Shown here piece after piece: positions 29,371-40,358 of a DNA stretch of 64,000 bases (its first letter is position 1; every line of letters starts with the position of its first letter). This DNA is from Gammaproteobacteria bacterium (GTDB lineage: Bacteria > Pseudomonadota > Gammaproteobacteria > Eutrophobiales > Eutrophobiaceae): assembly GCA_965261165.1 (NCBI GenBank), contig OZ253445.1, positions 973,987-1,037,986 of the forward strand, written 5' to 3'. The notes beneath the pieces were generated by a model. The model was given only the letters and a program-made list of their open reading frames with translations. It searched no databases and had not been told where the DNA came from. Both the position numbers and the translations under genes were made by a program.

Positions 29371-31056
29371 ATGGCTAATGTGGAAAAAATACTGACTGCA
29401 AATTTCATTCGCAATATTATTGCGAATGACCTGCAAGAAAATAAAAACGATGGTCGTATACACACGCGTTTCCCCCCTGAACCAAATGGTTATCTGCATA
29501 TTGGTCATGCCAAATCTATCTGTCTGAATTTCGGAATCGCTAACGAAAATAACAGTGGCGTGTGTAATTTACGTTTTGATGACTCAAACCCTGAAAAAGA
29601 ATCCTTTGAATATGTGGAAGCCATTAAAGAAGATGTTCGCTGGCTAGGTTTTGACTGGGAAGACAGATTATTTTTTGCTTCTGATTATTACCAGCAACTT
29701 TATGACTATGCTGTATCTCTGATTAATGCTGGTAAAGCATATATCGAGAGCTTGAGTTCTGATGAGATTCGTAAATATCGAGGCACATTGACAAGCCCCG
29801 GCAAAGAAAGTCCAGATCGCAGTCGTTCTATTGAAGAAAATCTCGAATTGTTTGAGAAGATGCGAGCAGGAGAATTTGAAGATGGCAAATATATATTGCG
29901 TGCCAAAATTGATATGGCTTCACCGAATATGAATCTTCGTGATCCAGCCATCTATCGAATCAAGCGATCTCATCATTATCGTACTGGAAATGAATGGTGC
30001 ATTTATCCTATGTATGACTTTACTCATGGTATTTCTGATGCTCTTGAAGGTATTACACATTCGTTGTGCACCCTAGAGTTTGAAGATCATCGCCCTCTGT
30101 ATAATTGGTTCCTGGAACAATTAGATGTTCCCTGTCATCCGCAGCAAATAGAATTCTCACGTCTTAATCTTAATTACACTGTGACCAGTAAACGAAAATT
30201 AAATGAGTTGGTAACGGGTGGTGATGTAGAAGGCTGGGATGATCCTCGTATGCTGACTATTGCTGGAATGCGTAGACGTGGTTATACAGCAGCGGCCATT
30301 AGAGATTTTTGTGAACGTATCGGTGTAACCAAAAACGATACTGTTCTTGATATGTCGGTGTTGGAAAATTGTGTGCGTGAAGACCTTGATAAAATAACGC
30401 AAAGAGTAATGGGTGTGCTAAATCCATTACGTGTGGTGATTGAAAATTATCCAGAAAATCAAAGTGAAGAATTAGATGCGCCGTATCACCCAAATGATCC
30501 GGATATGGGCGATCGAAAGGTTCCATTTTCAAAAGTCATCTACATAGAGCACGATGATTTTATGGAAGAACCACCAAAAAAATTTTTCCGCCTTGGTCCT
30601 GGCCGAGAAGTGCGTTTGCGCTATGCATATTTTATTACCTGTAATGATCTTGTAAAAGATGAAAATGGTAAAGTCATCGAATTGCGTTGTACTTATGATC
30701 CAGAAACTAAAGGTGGTAATGCGCCTGACGGAAGGAAGGTTAAAGGCACGATTCACTGGGTATCTGCAGAACATGCGTTAGCAGCAGAAGTGCGTGTCTA
30801 TGATCGTTTATTTAATGATCCAGAACCCGATAGCAATAAACATGATAAAAACTGGAAAGAATTTTTGAACTCGGATTCAATAAAAATTCTTAGCAGTGCT
30901 AAATTAGAACCGAGTCTTGCAAATGCGACGGCTGGCGATCAATTTCAGTTCGAGCGCCTAGGATACTTTAATGTCGATATAAAAGCTTCCGAAGTAGGTA
31001 ATCCAGTGTTTAATAGAACCATTACCTTAAGGGATTTCTGGGCAAAGAAGCATTAG
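29371..31056 (+). CDS. glnS: Glutaminyl-tRNA synthetase
   Basis: 561 aa, class I HIGH motif ([12 protein letters not shown]). Confidence 0.9.
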   Translation: MANVEKILTANFIRNIIANDLQENKNDGRIHTRFPPEPNGYLHIGHAKSICLNFGIANENNSGVCNLRFDDSNPEKESFEYVEAIKEDVRWLGFDWEDRLFFASDYYQQLYDYAVSLINAGKAYIESLSSDEIRKYRGTLTSPGKESPDRSRSIEENLELFEKMRAGEFEDGKYILRAKIDMASPNMNLRDPAIYRIKRSHHYRTGNEWCIYPMYDFTHGISDALEGITHSLCTLEFEDHRPLYNWFLEQLDVPCHPQQIEFSRLNLNYTVTSKRKLNELVTGGDVEGWDDPRMLTIAGMRRRGYTAAAIRDFCERIGVTKNDTVLDMSVLENCVREDLDKITQRVMGVLNPLRVVIENYPENQSEELDAPYHPNDPDMGDRKVPFSKVIYIEHDDFMEEPPKKFFRLGPGREVRLRYAYFITCNDLVKDENGKVIELRCTYDPETKGGNAPDGRKVKGTIHWVSAEHALAAEVRVYDRLFNDPEPDSNKHDKNWKEFLNSDSIKILSSAKLEPSLANATAGDQFQFERLGYFNVDIKASEVGNPVFNRTITLRDFWAKKH

Positions 31057-31103
31057 ATGCTGGAACAAATACCAAAAAATCATAATGAAAATCTGGTGTT
31101 GAA

Positions 31104-31997
31104 ATGACCTCATCTTTGACTGCCTTGTGTCAGTTTGACATCAAAAGCTTGCCTTTACTTAATCAAGGCAAGGTACGTGATATCTATGATATTGATGAAG
31201 AACATATGTTAATTGTGACCACAGATCGCCTGTCCGCCTTTGATGTAATTTTACCTGATCCCATTCCTAATAAGGGTGTGATTTTAACAACTGTATCAAA
31301 TTTTTGGTTCGATAAGACAAGGCATATTATTATCAATCATCTGACTGAAAAAACACTGAAAGATATCCTGCCTGATGTAGCAGAACGCAATACGATTGAA
31401 GGCCAAGGTATTATTGTACGCAAGCTGAATCCATTGCCAGTTGAGGCTATTGTTCGTGGTTATTTGATAGGCTCGGGATGGAATGATTATCAAGAGACTG
31501 GTGCAGTATGTGGGATATCCTTGCCTGAAGGGCTGCAACAAGCACAGCAATTACCCGAAGCCATTTTCACGCCTTCGACCAAGGCTGATGTTGGCGGTCA
31601 CGATGGAAATATTAATTTTGAAAAAATGGTAGATCTGCTGGGCCAGAACATGGCAGAACAGGTGCGGGATGTCAGTATCAAGCTATATCAGGAGGCTGCA
31701 GCCTATGCCATGGAAAGGGGGATTATTATTGCTGATACCAAGTTTGAATTCGGTACGGATGCTGATGGGAAGTTAGTATTGATTGATGAAGTATTGACAC
31801 CAGATTCATCACGGTTTTGGCCTGCAGATTCATATCAAGTTGGCATCAACCCTCCAAGTTTTGACAAGCAATATGTACGAGATTACCTTGAAACACTAGA
31901 TTGGGACAAAACTGCCCCGGGTCCGAGTTTACCGGAAGAAATTATCCAACGAACCGGAGATAAATATCGCGAAGCTATGAATTTACTAATGGGCTAG
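31104..31997 (+). CDS. purC: SAICAR synthetase, long (about 300-aa) form
   Basis: 297 aa, PurC family. Confidence 0.9.
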   Translation: MTSSLTALCQFDIKSLPLLNQGKVRDIYDIDEEHMLIVTTDRLSAFDVILPDPIPNKGVILTTVSNFWFDKTRHIIINHLTEKTLKDILPDVAERNTIEGQGIIVRKLNPLPVEAIVRGYLIGSGWNDYQETGAVCGISLPEGLQQAQQLPEAIFTPSTKADVGGHDGNINFEKMVDLLGQNMAEQVRDVSIKLYQEAAAYAMERGIIIADTKFEFGTDADGKLVLIDEVLTPDSSRFWPADSYQVGINPPSFDKQYVRDYLETLDWDKTAPGPSLPEEIIQRTGDKYREAMNLLMG

Positions 31998-32046
31998 CAG
32001 GAGTAAGGCAAAGTATATTAGCGATCCTAGTATTTATTTTTGTCAC

Positions 32047-32328
32047 TCAGTCGGCACGATTGGTAATTTCCAATAGGTGGTAACCGAATTGGGTTTTCAC
32101 AGGTCCATGCACGACACCGATCTCATTATTAAATACAATCTCATCAAATTCTTTGACCATTTGACCAGGGCCAAACTTACCTAAATCTCCGCCCGTTTTT
32201 CCTGAAGGGCAGCTAGAATTATCTCTGGCAACATCGGCAAAGTCTGCGCCATCTGCTATTTGTTGTTTCAGTTCGTTACATTTTTCTTCTGTGTCTACGA
32301 GAATGTGACGTGCTTGTGCTTTAGCCAT
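32047..32328 (-). CDS. ppiC: Parvulin-type peptidyl-prolyl cis-trans isomerase
   Basis: 93 aa PpiC family. Confidence 0.85.
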   Translation of the reverse strand: MAKAQARHILVDTEEKCNELKQQIADGADFADVARDNSSCPSGKTGGDLGKFGPGQMVKEFDEIVFNNEIGVVHGPVKTQFGYHLLEITNRAD

Positions 32329-32368
32329 AACTATTCTCCAAATAAGTGATTAAAATGTTTAGTCAATA

Positions 32369-32998
32369 TTATTTTTGAGTAGCCCACAGTTTCATTTTTT
32401 TCTCAGGGGAATATAAAGGACCGTTCTGGTCACCATAATATTCAATCAGTAAGGCTCCCGATGCCTCATCTCCTGCTTTAATGCCTTCCTGCAAAATGTA
32501 CTCGGCTTGCAAAGGTTCTTTATCAACTCCTTGTCCATAGTAATGCATTTTTGCAAATAGTGGTCGATTTAGAAGCCCCATTCTCGCCGCTTGTGATAGA
32601 TGTAAATAAGCGCGGCTGTAATTTGCTTCACCTAAATGACCTTCATAATATAAATTCGCTAAATGAATATGTGCGACAGGTGTTTGATAGGATGCAGCAA
32701 CATTTAATAGCGCCAAAGCTCTCTTGGGATCTTTATCAACACAGCGTCCTGTCAGATGCATATTGCCTAGGTTGATCATGGCGCCTGATACGCCGTCGTT
32801 GGCCAGCCTAGTGTAAAGAGGTAGCGCTTTATCACAGTCACCTGCTTCATCTGCAACCAATGCGATCATAAATTCATTTTCCAGTTCATGATCATCGGCA
32901 AGGATGGGCATCGGGAGTAATAGGCCGCTGAATAAAAATGAAAGGAAATAAAGCATGTTTCTAAATAGGGAAGGAATCATTTCTTTAAGTATTAGCAA
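32369..32998 (-). CDS. Secreted Sel1-like repeat (TPR-like) protein
   Basis: 209 aa; signal peptide; repeated Sel1-like units (A..Y..A...G...A...LG..Y..G.GV..D...A). Confidence 0.65.
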   Translation of the reverse strand: MLILKEMIPSLFRNMLYFLSFLFSGLLLPMPILADDHELENEFMIALVADEAGDCDKALPLYTRLANDGVSGAMINLGNMHLTGRCVDKDPKRALALLNVAASYQTPVAHIHLANLYYEGHLGEANYSRAYLHLSQAARMGLLNRPLFAKMHYYGQGVDKEPLQAEYILQEGIKAGDEASGALLIEYYGDQNGPLYSPEKKMKLWATQK

Positions 32999-33008
32999 AA
33001 TTAGGAAG

Positions 33009-33281
33009 TTAAGTCATTTTCTTGATTAGTTGCATTCTCTCATCTGGATCGTTTACTTCACGCATGGCATTGTTAAATTCTGCTACGGTTTTGCTATGAG
33101 TCCGCAGCATTGCAGCAAGCTTCTGGTTTTCTTCTTCCGAAGGTTTTTCGCCTTTATCGTATTTCTGGTCGAGTGATTGCATAAATTCATAATAGGTATT
33201 CTTGGTTGCAGACATACGCATATAGACCTCCCATGCTGCCTGAACGACGGCTGGGAGTTCTTCATTACTGTCTTCAGTCAT
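33009..33281 (-). CDS. Small hypothetical protein (90 aa, acidic/helical)
   Basis: ORF with reasonable codon usage between the Sel1 gene and fba; no recognised motif. Confidence 0.3.
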   Translation of the reverse strand: MTEDSNEELPAVVQAAWEVYMRMSATKNTYYEFMQSLDQKYDKGEKPSEEENQKLAAMLRTHSKTVAEFNNAMREVNDPDERMQLIKKMT

Positions 33282-33287
33282 TTATTA

Positions 33288-34307
33288 CTATACTGCATCA
33301 CTCTCGGGATCATATTTGCCAAGTGATGCTTGGCTATTGCATTTTTCTCTGTGTAGTAGAATTTCCTGTGCCTCGACAACATTTTCTTCTTTACCCTGCC
33401 AAGCAGCGAGACAAGGTGCCTGTAGTGCGCGACCATAAGAAAAGCTCAGTGGCCAGGGTAGTGGAGCGTAGGTTGTGTTCATTGCATTCAAGTGTTCTGT
33501 TGCCTTCTCGGCTGATTGACCGCCGGAAAGAAAGGCAATCCCTGGCAGCGATGCTGGGACTGCATTCAGTAGGCAATCAACTGTCAGACCAGCAACATCA
33601 TTGATATCCGCTTGTTCGGAGCAGTCTTTGCCAGAAACAATCATATTGACTTTTAATATGGTGTGTTCCAAAGAAACGCTTTGTTTATATAATTCATTAA
33701 ACAGTGCTTTCAGTGTTGCTTCGGTAACCATATAACAAAGTTCGATGTTATGGTCTCCGTCCATCAGCACTTCCGGCTCGACCATTGGCACAATGCCAGC
33801 TTCCTGACAAAGTGAAGCATAGCGTGCCAAGGCATGAACATTGGCTTCGATGCAACCCTGGCTAGGGGTACCTTTGTCGATAGTAATGACGGCACGCCAC
33901 TTGGCAAATTTGGCACCAAGTTTTTTGTATTCAGTCAAACGTTCACGTAAACCATCCAGACCTTCCGTGACTTTTTCGCCAAGATGCCCAGCAAGCTCTT
34001 TAGCGCCGGCATCAACTTTTATCCCCGTCATGATGTTTTGTTTTTCCAGAGCTTTAGCAAAAGGTGTTCCGTCTGTTGTAGACTGTCTGATAGTTTCATC
34101 AAACAAGATCATGCTACTGATATATTCATTACCACCGGGGTTGGTGATTAAAAGATCACGGTAGGCTCTGCGGGAGGCTTCTGTAGATTCTACATTGATG
34201 CTATCCAAACGACTCTTAATAGTTGGCATACTTTCGTCAATTGCAAGAATGCCCTTGCCTGCAGCAAACATTGCTTCAGTTGTTTGATCCAGTTCTTCTG
34301 TGCTCAT
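33288..34307 (-). CDS. fba: Fructose-bisphosphate aldolase, class I
   Basis: 339 aa, class I FBA family. Confidence 0.85.
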   Translation of the reverse strand: MSTEELDQTTEAMFAAGKGILAIDESMPTIKSRLDSINVESTEASRRAYRDLLITNPGGNEYISSMILFDETIRQSTTDGTPFAKALEKQNIMTGIKVDAGAKELAGHLGEKVTEGLDGLRERLTEYKKLGAKFAKWRAVITIDKGTPSQGCIEANVHALARYASLCQEAGIVPMVEPEVLMDGDHNIELCYMVTEATLKALFNELYKQSVSLEHTILKVNMIVSGKDCSEQADINDVAGLTVDCLLNAVPASLPGIAFLSGGQSAEKATEHLNAMNTTYAPLPWPLSFSYGRALQAPCLAAWQGKEENVVEAQEILLHREKCNSQASLGKYDPESDAV

Positions 34308-34369
34308 ACTTTAGCCTCTGCATTTAGTTTGATTAAATTAAATTCTCTTAAAATATTTTCAAGCTACCG

Positions 34370-35812
34370 CTAGATAGTATGTTCTGTTGCTTCGCCGACA
34401 CGAATAAGCTTCATATTATTGGTGCCACCCCGAGTCCCTCGCAGATCCCCTTTGGTAATAATGACGTAGTCGCCATCTTTTACGAAATTATTAGCTACGA
34501 GTTCATTAAGAATTTCTTTATTGGTTTCAAGTGGATCCGTGTGTGTGATATCAAATTTTATGGGGTAAACGCCACGATATAAAGAAACCCTTCGACGGGT
34601 TGATGCATGACGCGTGAACGCAAAAATCGGGATGCCTGATTTAATACGCGACATCCATAAACAGGTGCAGCCTGTTTCTGTAAGTGCGGCAATGGCTTTC
34701 GCGCAAATATGATTTGCCGCATACATGGTCGACATAGCGACGGCTTCATTGATTGATTCAAAACGTCTGTTAATCCGGTGATCTGAAACGGTGACGCTTT
34801 TTTGTTTTTCTGCTTCTTCACAAATGCCAGACATAGAAACAACGGCCTTGACTGGATAATGTCCCACACTGGTTTCCGCTGACAACATTACGGCATCTGC
34901 ACCATCGATAATCGCATTAGCGACATCAAATACTTCAGCTCGTGTCGGCATCTGATGTTCAATCATGGATTCCATCATTTGTGTTGCGATGATGACAGCG
35001 CGATCCATTCCTCTTGCCATCTTGGTCAATCTTTTTTGTACGGGAGGTAAGCTAGCATCGCCAATCTCAACGCCAAGATCTCCACGAGCAATCATGATGG
35101 CATCTGAAGCTTCGATAATAGCCTCAATATCATCAAGTGCTTCAGCTCTTTCTATCTTGGCGATAATATGCGCAGTACTGTCCAGCTGTTTGAGCAGCGT
35201 GCGCGTATGGGTAATATCAGCGGCGATACGTGGAAAGGAGACAGCCACAAAATCAACACCAATACTGACAGCATGTTCCAGATCGCGAATGTCTTTTTCA
35301 GTCAGCGCGCTGGCCGAGAGCCCACCGCCCTGAAGGTTAATACCTTTATTATTCGAGAGTTCACCTCCTGTAATAATTTCACAATTAATTTCATGCTCAC
35401 CGACTTCCTTGACGCGCATGACGATACGTCCATCATCAATCAACAAGATATCCTCGGCACGTACGTCTTGGGGTAAATTTTTGTAACTTACGCCAACGTG
35501 TTTTTCATTTCCTGCTTTGCTATCCAGATTGGTATCAATGACAAATTCTGCACCTTCAACAAGTTGAATCTTGTCACCATCAAAATGTTCTATACGAATC
35601 TTTGGGCCTTGCAGATCAGCCACGACACCAACGGCATACGTATATTTTTTTGATAATGCACGAATTTCATGCAGTCTTTTTTCATGATGGGCATGAGTCT
35701 GGTGGGAGTAGTTAAGACGGAACACATCTACCCCTGCTTTGAAAAGCTCTTCTAATACTCCTGGCTCATCGGTTGCCGGGCCTAGTGTTGCTATTATTTT
35801 TGTTCTTCTCAT
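34370..35812 (-). CDS. pyk: Pyruvate kinase
   Basis: 480 aa, PK barrel plus C-terminal domain. Confidence 0.9.
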   Translation of the reverse strand: MRRTKIIATLGPATDEPGVLEELFKAGVDVFRLNYSHQTHAHHEKRLHEIRALSKKYTYAVGVVADLQGPKIRIEHFDGDKIQLVEGAEFVIDTNLDSKAGNEKHVGVSYKNLPQDVRAEDILLIDDGRIVMRVKEVGEHEINCEIITGGELSNNKGINLQGGGLSASALTEKDIRDLEHAVSIGVDFVAVSFPRIAADITHTRTLLKQLDSTAHIIAKIERAEALDDIEAIIEASDAIMIARGDLGVEIGDASLPPVQKRLTKMARGMDRAVIIATQMMESMIEHQMPTRAEVFDVANAIIDGADAVMLSAETSVGHYPVKAVVSMSGICEEAEKQKSVTVSDHRINRRFESINEAVAMSTMYAANHICAKAIAALTETGCTCLWMSRIKSGIPIFAFTRHASTRRRVSLYRGVYPIKFDITHTDPLETNKEILNELVANNFVKDGDYVIITKGDLRGTRGGTNNMKLIRVGEATEHTI

Positions 35813-36000
35813 TTAAACTGATGGAGACCTTTGCATAATTCCCGCTGATTCTACCGAAACAGGCAAAATAAGACCATTCTTAATAAACCCTAAAGATTAT
35901 TCATCCATGTCCTAGGAAAAAATCCTGGGAAATAATATCTTGAAAAAAACTACCCAAGGTTCGTTCGTAGATTAAAGACAATAACTAGAATAAACAATAA
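35813..36000 (+). repeat. Dispersed repeat family copy B, immediately upstream of pyk; related cccgtaggga segment further on at 36030-36130
   Basis: gacctttgcataattcccgctgattctaccgaaacaggcaaaataagaccattcttaataaaccctaaagattattcatc...ctacccaaggttcgttcgtagat. Confidence 0.6.
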
Positions 36001-36319
36001 TCAGAAAAGCACGAAAATCTAAAATCCCGTAGGGATGATGCCTTTGTAGTCAGATAAATAATCACAGCCCTAAGCTCCGTAGGAGCGACATAATATCTCT
36101 GTGGTCTCGACTTCTGTTCCAGATTCAGTTCTACCTCCTGCATCCATGCAGTCGTCTGTGTCAAAATATTTTCGTCATTATCTCCTCTGTTACTACCCCT
36201 CTGAAGAAGTCAAAAAAGCATTTTAGCTTTGGGCTAACAGCTAATCTGCCTCCATTGACAAATATGGTCAGACATTATACCTTTGCCGACCAGTTGCATC
36301 AGGTCTCTGAGCATTTTTT

Positions 36320-36480
36320 GCTACAGAGTTAAACGGGAAGTCGGTGCGTATTTATGCAATTCCGACACTGCCCCCGCAACGGTAAATAAGTAAAGGCTGA
36401 TTATTCATGCCACTGTGTCTGAGGTGTACATGACATGGGAAGGCGATCAACCTACTGGAATTAATATCTTGCAGTACTTA
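36320..36480 (+). promoter_or_regulatory. Cobalamin (AdoCbl) riboswitch in the btuB leader
   Basis: gttaaacgggaagtcggtgcg...aattccgacactgcccccgcaacggtaa...catgccactgtgtctgag contains the conserved GGGAAG..GGUG, AAUUCC and B12-box GCCACUG elements. Confidence 0.6.
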
Positions 36481-36640
36481 TGAGTCCGGAGACCGACCTT
36501 TTGCCAGAACCATATCGCGGTGGGCGATGGCGGCGGTTTGGTAGGTCAATTTTTCAACCTTTTCCGCACAAATCCCTTCAGCGATATACCGTTTAATTTA
36601 TCGATCCCGGGCGGGTATCGGGTATTAGGGAGTCGTTTTC

Positions 36641-38566
36641 ATGTTACGTAGATTACTTACTTTTAGTTTTTTTCTTATTTCTTTTTCAGTACTATCAGAA
36701 CCAAATACTTCTTATCCTGATGATTTGATTGTTACAGGTTCACATACAGCCATCACTATCGATGAAATCGGTAGTTCTTATACAGTTATTACCGCGGAGC
36801 AGATAAAACAGCAGCAGGCTGTCCTAGTTTCTGATTTATTACGAGATGTCCCTGGTTTTGCTGTCAGTCGTAGTGGCGTGGTAGGAGGCCAGATACAAAT
36901 TAGGGTGCGTGGTGCAGAAGCCAATCAGTTGCTGATACTGATTGATGATGTGGAGGCCAATGATATTGCTGGAGGTGATGAATTTAATTTTGCACATTTA
37001 GTAACGAACAATATTGAACGGATTGAAATTATCCGTGGCCCACAAAGTGCGCTCTATGGTAGCGATGCACTCGTAGGTGTGGTGAATATTATCACCAAAA
37101 AAGGCAGTGGAACGACAACACTTTCAAGTTATGCCGAAAGTGGTTCTTTCGGTACTTTTAACGGTGGCGGGAGTATTTCAGGAAGCGGGAAGCGTTATCA
37201 CTATAATTTACAAGGTTCATATTTAAGCACAGCCGGGAATAATATCGCTCCTGTAGGCAGTGAAGATGATGGTTATGATAATAGAACGATCTCATTTGCG
37301 GCAGGCTCAACTCCGCTTGATAATCTGAAGCTCGATATTACTGGTAGACATACGGAGGCTGATAGTGAAACTGATACTCAGGATTTTGTCATGACGGGAT
37401 TTGCCGTTGATGCCGATGAAGAAACTCAGGTAAGTCAGGATTATTTAAGGGGGCAAGCAACGTTTGGCTTATTCAAGCAGGATTGGCAGCACACAGTAAG
37501 TGCTGCGATTACCAGTACGGAGAATGATAATTTTGTCTCTGGTATTGAGTCGGCTAGCACTCAAGGCAAGAAATTCCGGTTCGACTACAAAACTAATTTT
37601 TATTTTGGTACAAAAGCCTTTGTAAATGCATCACATGTTTTAACCTTTGGAATTGACCATGAAAAAGATTTTTTTACACAAAGAGGCGCAATTATTTTCG
37701 GCAATCCAAATCAGGAGCAAACTGCAAAAACGATGGGGGTTGTTGCGGGTTATCGTGTGAATTTATGGAAACAATTATTTTTATCCAGCAGTGTGCGGCA
37801 CGATAATAATTCTGAATTTAAAGATGCAACTACCTATCGTGTGACGGCAGCTTATAAAATCTCTGATTTGGGAACTCGTATTCATGGTAGTTATGGGACG
37901 GGTGTCAAGCGCCCTACCTTTACAGAAAGATTTGGTTTCTTCCCTAGTAGGTTTGTTGGTAACCCTAGCCTGAAACCAGAAAGATCCAGAGCGTGGGATG
38001 TGGGGGTGGAGCAGGATATATGGAATAGCTGGGCAAATATTGGTCTGATTTATTTTCACTCAAGGCTTGAAGATGAAATAATGACAATGTTTGGTTTTCC
38101 AACATCAACTGCCGAAAACCTTGGCGGCATCAGTAAACGTCAGGGTATCGAAATCAAAGCAGATGCAGGACTCACAGATAATTTGAACATATCTGCGGCA
38201 TACACATGGCTGGATGCGAAACAACCTGATGCAAGGGGCGCACAAATTTTTGAGGTGCGTCGTCCGAGGAATACTGCCAATATCAATCTGAATTATGCTT
38301 TTCCGAATGATCGTGCCAATGCAAATTTAAATATCAGCCATACAGGTACACAAAAAGATTCAAATTTTGGGACATTCCCAGCTACCGTTGTAGATTTGGG
38401 AAGCTATACACTGATTAATTTGGCTGTTTCTTATCGTGTTAATAAAAACATGAATATCTATGCCAGAGCTGAGAATTTACTGGATAAGGATTATGTCGAT
38501 GTTTTCGGTTTTCAAACGCCTGGAATAGGCGGCATTGTCGGTCTGAATATGACGTTCCAACCTTAA
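36641..38566 (+). CDS. btuB: TonB-dependent outer-membrane cobalamin receptor
   Basis: 641 aa; signal peptide, TonB box (DDLIVTG), plug and 22-strand barrel, terminal ...NMTFQP aromatic end; riboswitch upstream. Confidence 0.8.
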   Translation: MLRRLLTFSFFLISFSVLSEPNTSYPDDLIVTGSHTAITIDEIGSSYTVITAEQIKQQQAVLVSDLLRDVPGFAVSRSGVVGGQIQIRVRGAEANQLLILIDDVEANDIAGGDEFNFAHLVTNNIERIEIIRGPQSALYGSDALVGVVNIITKKGSGTTTLSSYAESGSFGTFNGGGSISGSGKRYHYNLQGSYLSTAGNNIAPVGSEDDGYDNRTISFAAGSTPLDNLKLDITGRHTEADSETDTQDFVMTGFAVDADEETQVSQDYLRGQATFGLFKQDWQHTVSAAITSTENDNFVSGIESASTQGKKFRFDYKTNFYFGTKAFVNASHVLTFGIDHEKDFFTQRGAIIFGNPNQEQTAKTMGVVAGYRVNLWKQLFLSSSVRHDNNSEFKDATTYRVTAAYKISDLGTRIHGSYGTGVKRPTFTERFGFFPSRFVGNPSLKPERSRAWDVGVEQDIWNSWANIGLIYFHSRLEDEIMTMFGFPTSTAENLGGISKRQGIEIKADAGLTDNLNISAAYTWLDAKQPDARGAQIFEVRRPRNTANINLNYAFPNDRANANLNISHTGTQKDSNFGTFPATVVDLGSYTLINLAVSYRVNKNMNIYARAENLLDKDYVDVFGFQTPGIGGIVGLNMTFQP

Positions 38567-38580
38567 AGAGGATTATTGCC

Positions 38581-39102
38581 ATGAAAAAGCGAAACCTGAT
38601 TACGAGTTATCTGTTAATTTTATTGGTGGCATTTTCACGACTTGCACCACACCCACTTGGGTTCACACCTATCGGTGCATTGGGTTTGTTCTCAGGTGCC
38701 TATATGAATAATCGATGGTCGTGGGCTGTTCCTGCTATTGCATTATTCATTGGTGATGTGATAACTGGTCTTTACAATTCATTAATTATGACTTCCGTTT
38801 ATTTCGGCTTCGTTCTTTCTTCCTGTATTGGTAGAGCATTACTCGGCAAAAAGCGTAGTTTTGTTCGAATAGGTACGGCTATTTTTGTTTCCGCTTTGAT
38901 ATTTTTTATCGTGTCCAACACAAGTTCCTGGTGGGTTTATTATCCACACACTCTTGATGGACTGTCATTATGTTACATTAACGGGATTCCTTATTTCGGT
39001 AGGGCAATATTAGCGGATACCTTCTATTGCGCCATACTATTTGGTGGGTATGAATATTCTCAACGCTGTTCATTACGTAGCTTGGGTGCAACAACAAATT
39101 GA
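38581..39102 (+). CDS. Small 6-TM membrane protein, candidate BtuM-like (ECF-S-type) cobalamin uptake component
   Basis: 173 aa, about 6 TM helices, conserved Cys (SSCIG); co-transcribed position 15 nt after btuB; no btuC/btuD in the window. Confidence 0.35.
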   Translation: MKKRNLITSYLLILLVAFSRLAPHPLGFTPIGALGLFSGAYMNNRWSWAVPAIALFIGDVITGLYNSLIMTSVYFGFVLSSCIGRALLGKKRSFVRIGTAIFVSALIFFIVSNTSSWWVYYPHTLDGLSLCYINGIPYFGRAILADTFYCAILFGGYEYSQRCSLRSLGATTN

Positions 39103-39300
39103 AAAGCGCCAACGTGTGATTTTGTCATGGAGTTGCGGCAAAGATTCTGCGTGGGTATTACATGGATTGTAGCAATAAGGTGAAGCATGAGGTTATCGGT
39201 TTGTTGACGATATTTAATGAAGAGTTTGGTCGTTCAACAATGCCATGGTGTCAGGCGGGAGCTTGTCGATCCTTGTGGGGAGAATATGGAGAGTTTCATG
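39103..39300 (+). pseudogene. Remnant of a PP-loop ATPase (MJ0570/Dph6-like, DUF71) gene
   Basis: Frame fragments RQRVILSWSCGKDSAWVLHGL (SGGKDS-like PP-loop), HEVIGLLTIFNEEFGRSTMPW and (M)HGVRRELVD (RVSMHGVRxxLL motif) lie in three different frames. Confidence 0.4.
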
Positions 39301-39413
39301 CCTTTGCCTAGGATGGCTCCATGCTTAAACAGTCGATACATATTCAGTCAGGAGCAACGGCAGAATAGAGAGGGTTTTGTTTTTATAGATATTTTTCTGA
39401 AAGAAGAATTGCA

Positions 39414-40337
39414 ATGAGGATTGTTTCACTTTTACCCAGCGCTACCGAAATCATTTGTTCTCTAGGTCTGCGAGAATATCTGGTAGGAGTGACGCATGAG
39501 TGTGATTATCCTGTAGATGTTATAGGTTTGCCGATTGTAACAAAAAGTGCGATCCCTCATGACGCTTCGAGCATTGAGATTGATCATCTGGTACGCAGTC
39601 AACTGGAAACAACTACGGCGCTGTATTCTCTCAATGTGGAATTACTGGAAGAGTTGCAGGCAGACATCATGGTCACTCAGGCGTTATGTGAGGTATGTGC
39701 GGTTGCAGAGGCGGAAATAGAGGAAATAATCTGTCAATTATCAAATCAACCTCGTGTGGTGAATCTGGAGCCCATGTGTCTACAAGATGTATTTGATACT
39801 TTATTATTACTGGGGAAAGAAACTGGGCAAGAGGCAATTTCTGTCAATGTTGTTGATACATTAAATGCACGGGTTGAAAGGGTTCGTGCGCTCACCGAAA
39901 CCCGCATTAAAAAAGGGCAATATCCAAAGGCTGTCTTTCTTGAATGGGTAGATCCACCCTTTAATGCAGGGCACTGGACGCCTGAGTTAATTGAAATGGC
40001 TGGCGGCATAGATTGCTTGGGCAACAAGCACCAACCATCAGAGACAACTCTATGGGAGCGTATTATCGAAGCTCAGCCTGATGTAATGTTTGTCGCTTGC
40101 TGTGGCTTTTCTCTGGAAAGGGCGCTGGAAGATTTGCCGATACTACAGGCAAATGTAGGTTGGGGTGATTTGCCTTGCGTCAGGAATAAGCGAGTCTATT
40201 TTTCTGATGGCAATTCCTATTTTAATCGGCCGGGACCACGTCTAGTGGATAGTCTGGAGATAATTGCTAATGCATTGCATCCTGATGTACATATACTTGG
40301 TTTAGATCTTCCGGCTGCTGTCAGGGTTTTGAATTGA
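39414..40337 (+). CDS. BtuF-like cobalamin-binding protein (TroA-fold) without signal peptide
   Basis: 307 aa; begins MRIVSLLPSATEIICSLGL, which is the start of the mature BtuF fold (RVVSLSPSxTE), so no leader peptide. Confidence 0.65.
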   Translation: MRIVSLLPSATEIICSLGLREYLVGVTHECDYPVDVIGLPIVTKSAIPHDASSIEIDHLVRSQLETTTALYSLNVELLEELQADIMVTQALCEVCAVAEAEIEEIICQLSNQPRVVNLEPMCLQDVFDTLLLLGKETGQEAISVNVVDTLNARVERVRALTETRIKKGQYPKAVFLEWVDPPFNAGHWTPELIEMAGGIDCLGNKHQPSETTLWERIIEAQPDVMFVACCGFSLERALEDLPILQANVGWGDLPCVRNKRVYFSDGNSYFNRPGPRLVDSLEIIANALHPDVHILGLDLPAAVRVLN

Positions 40338-40358
40338 TTAGATATAGCGGGCTTACTT

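Noticed and set aside
39217-39417. 66-aa ORF
   Set aside because: One frame of the decayed Dph6-like PP-loop ATPase remnant (contains the HGVRREL motif); not an intact gene.
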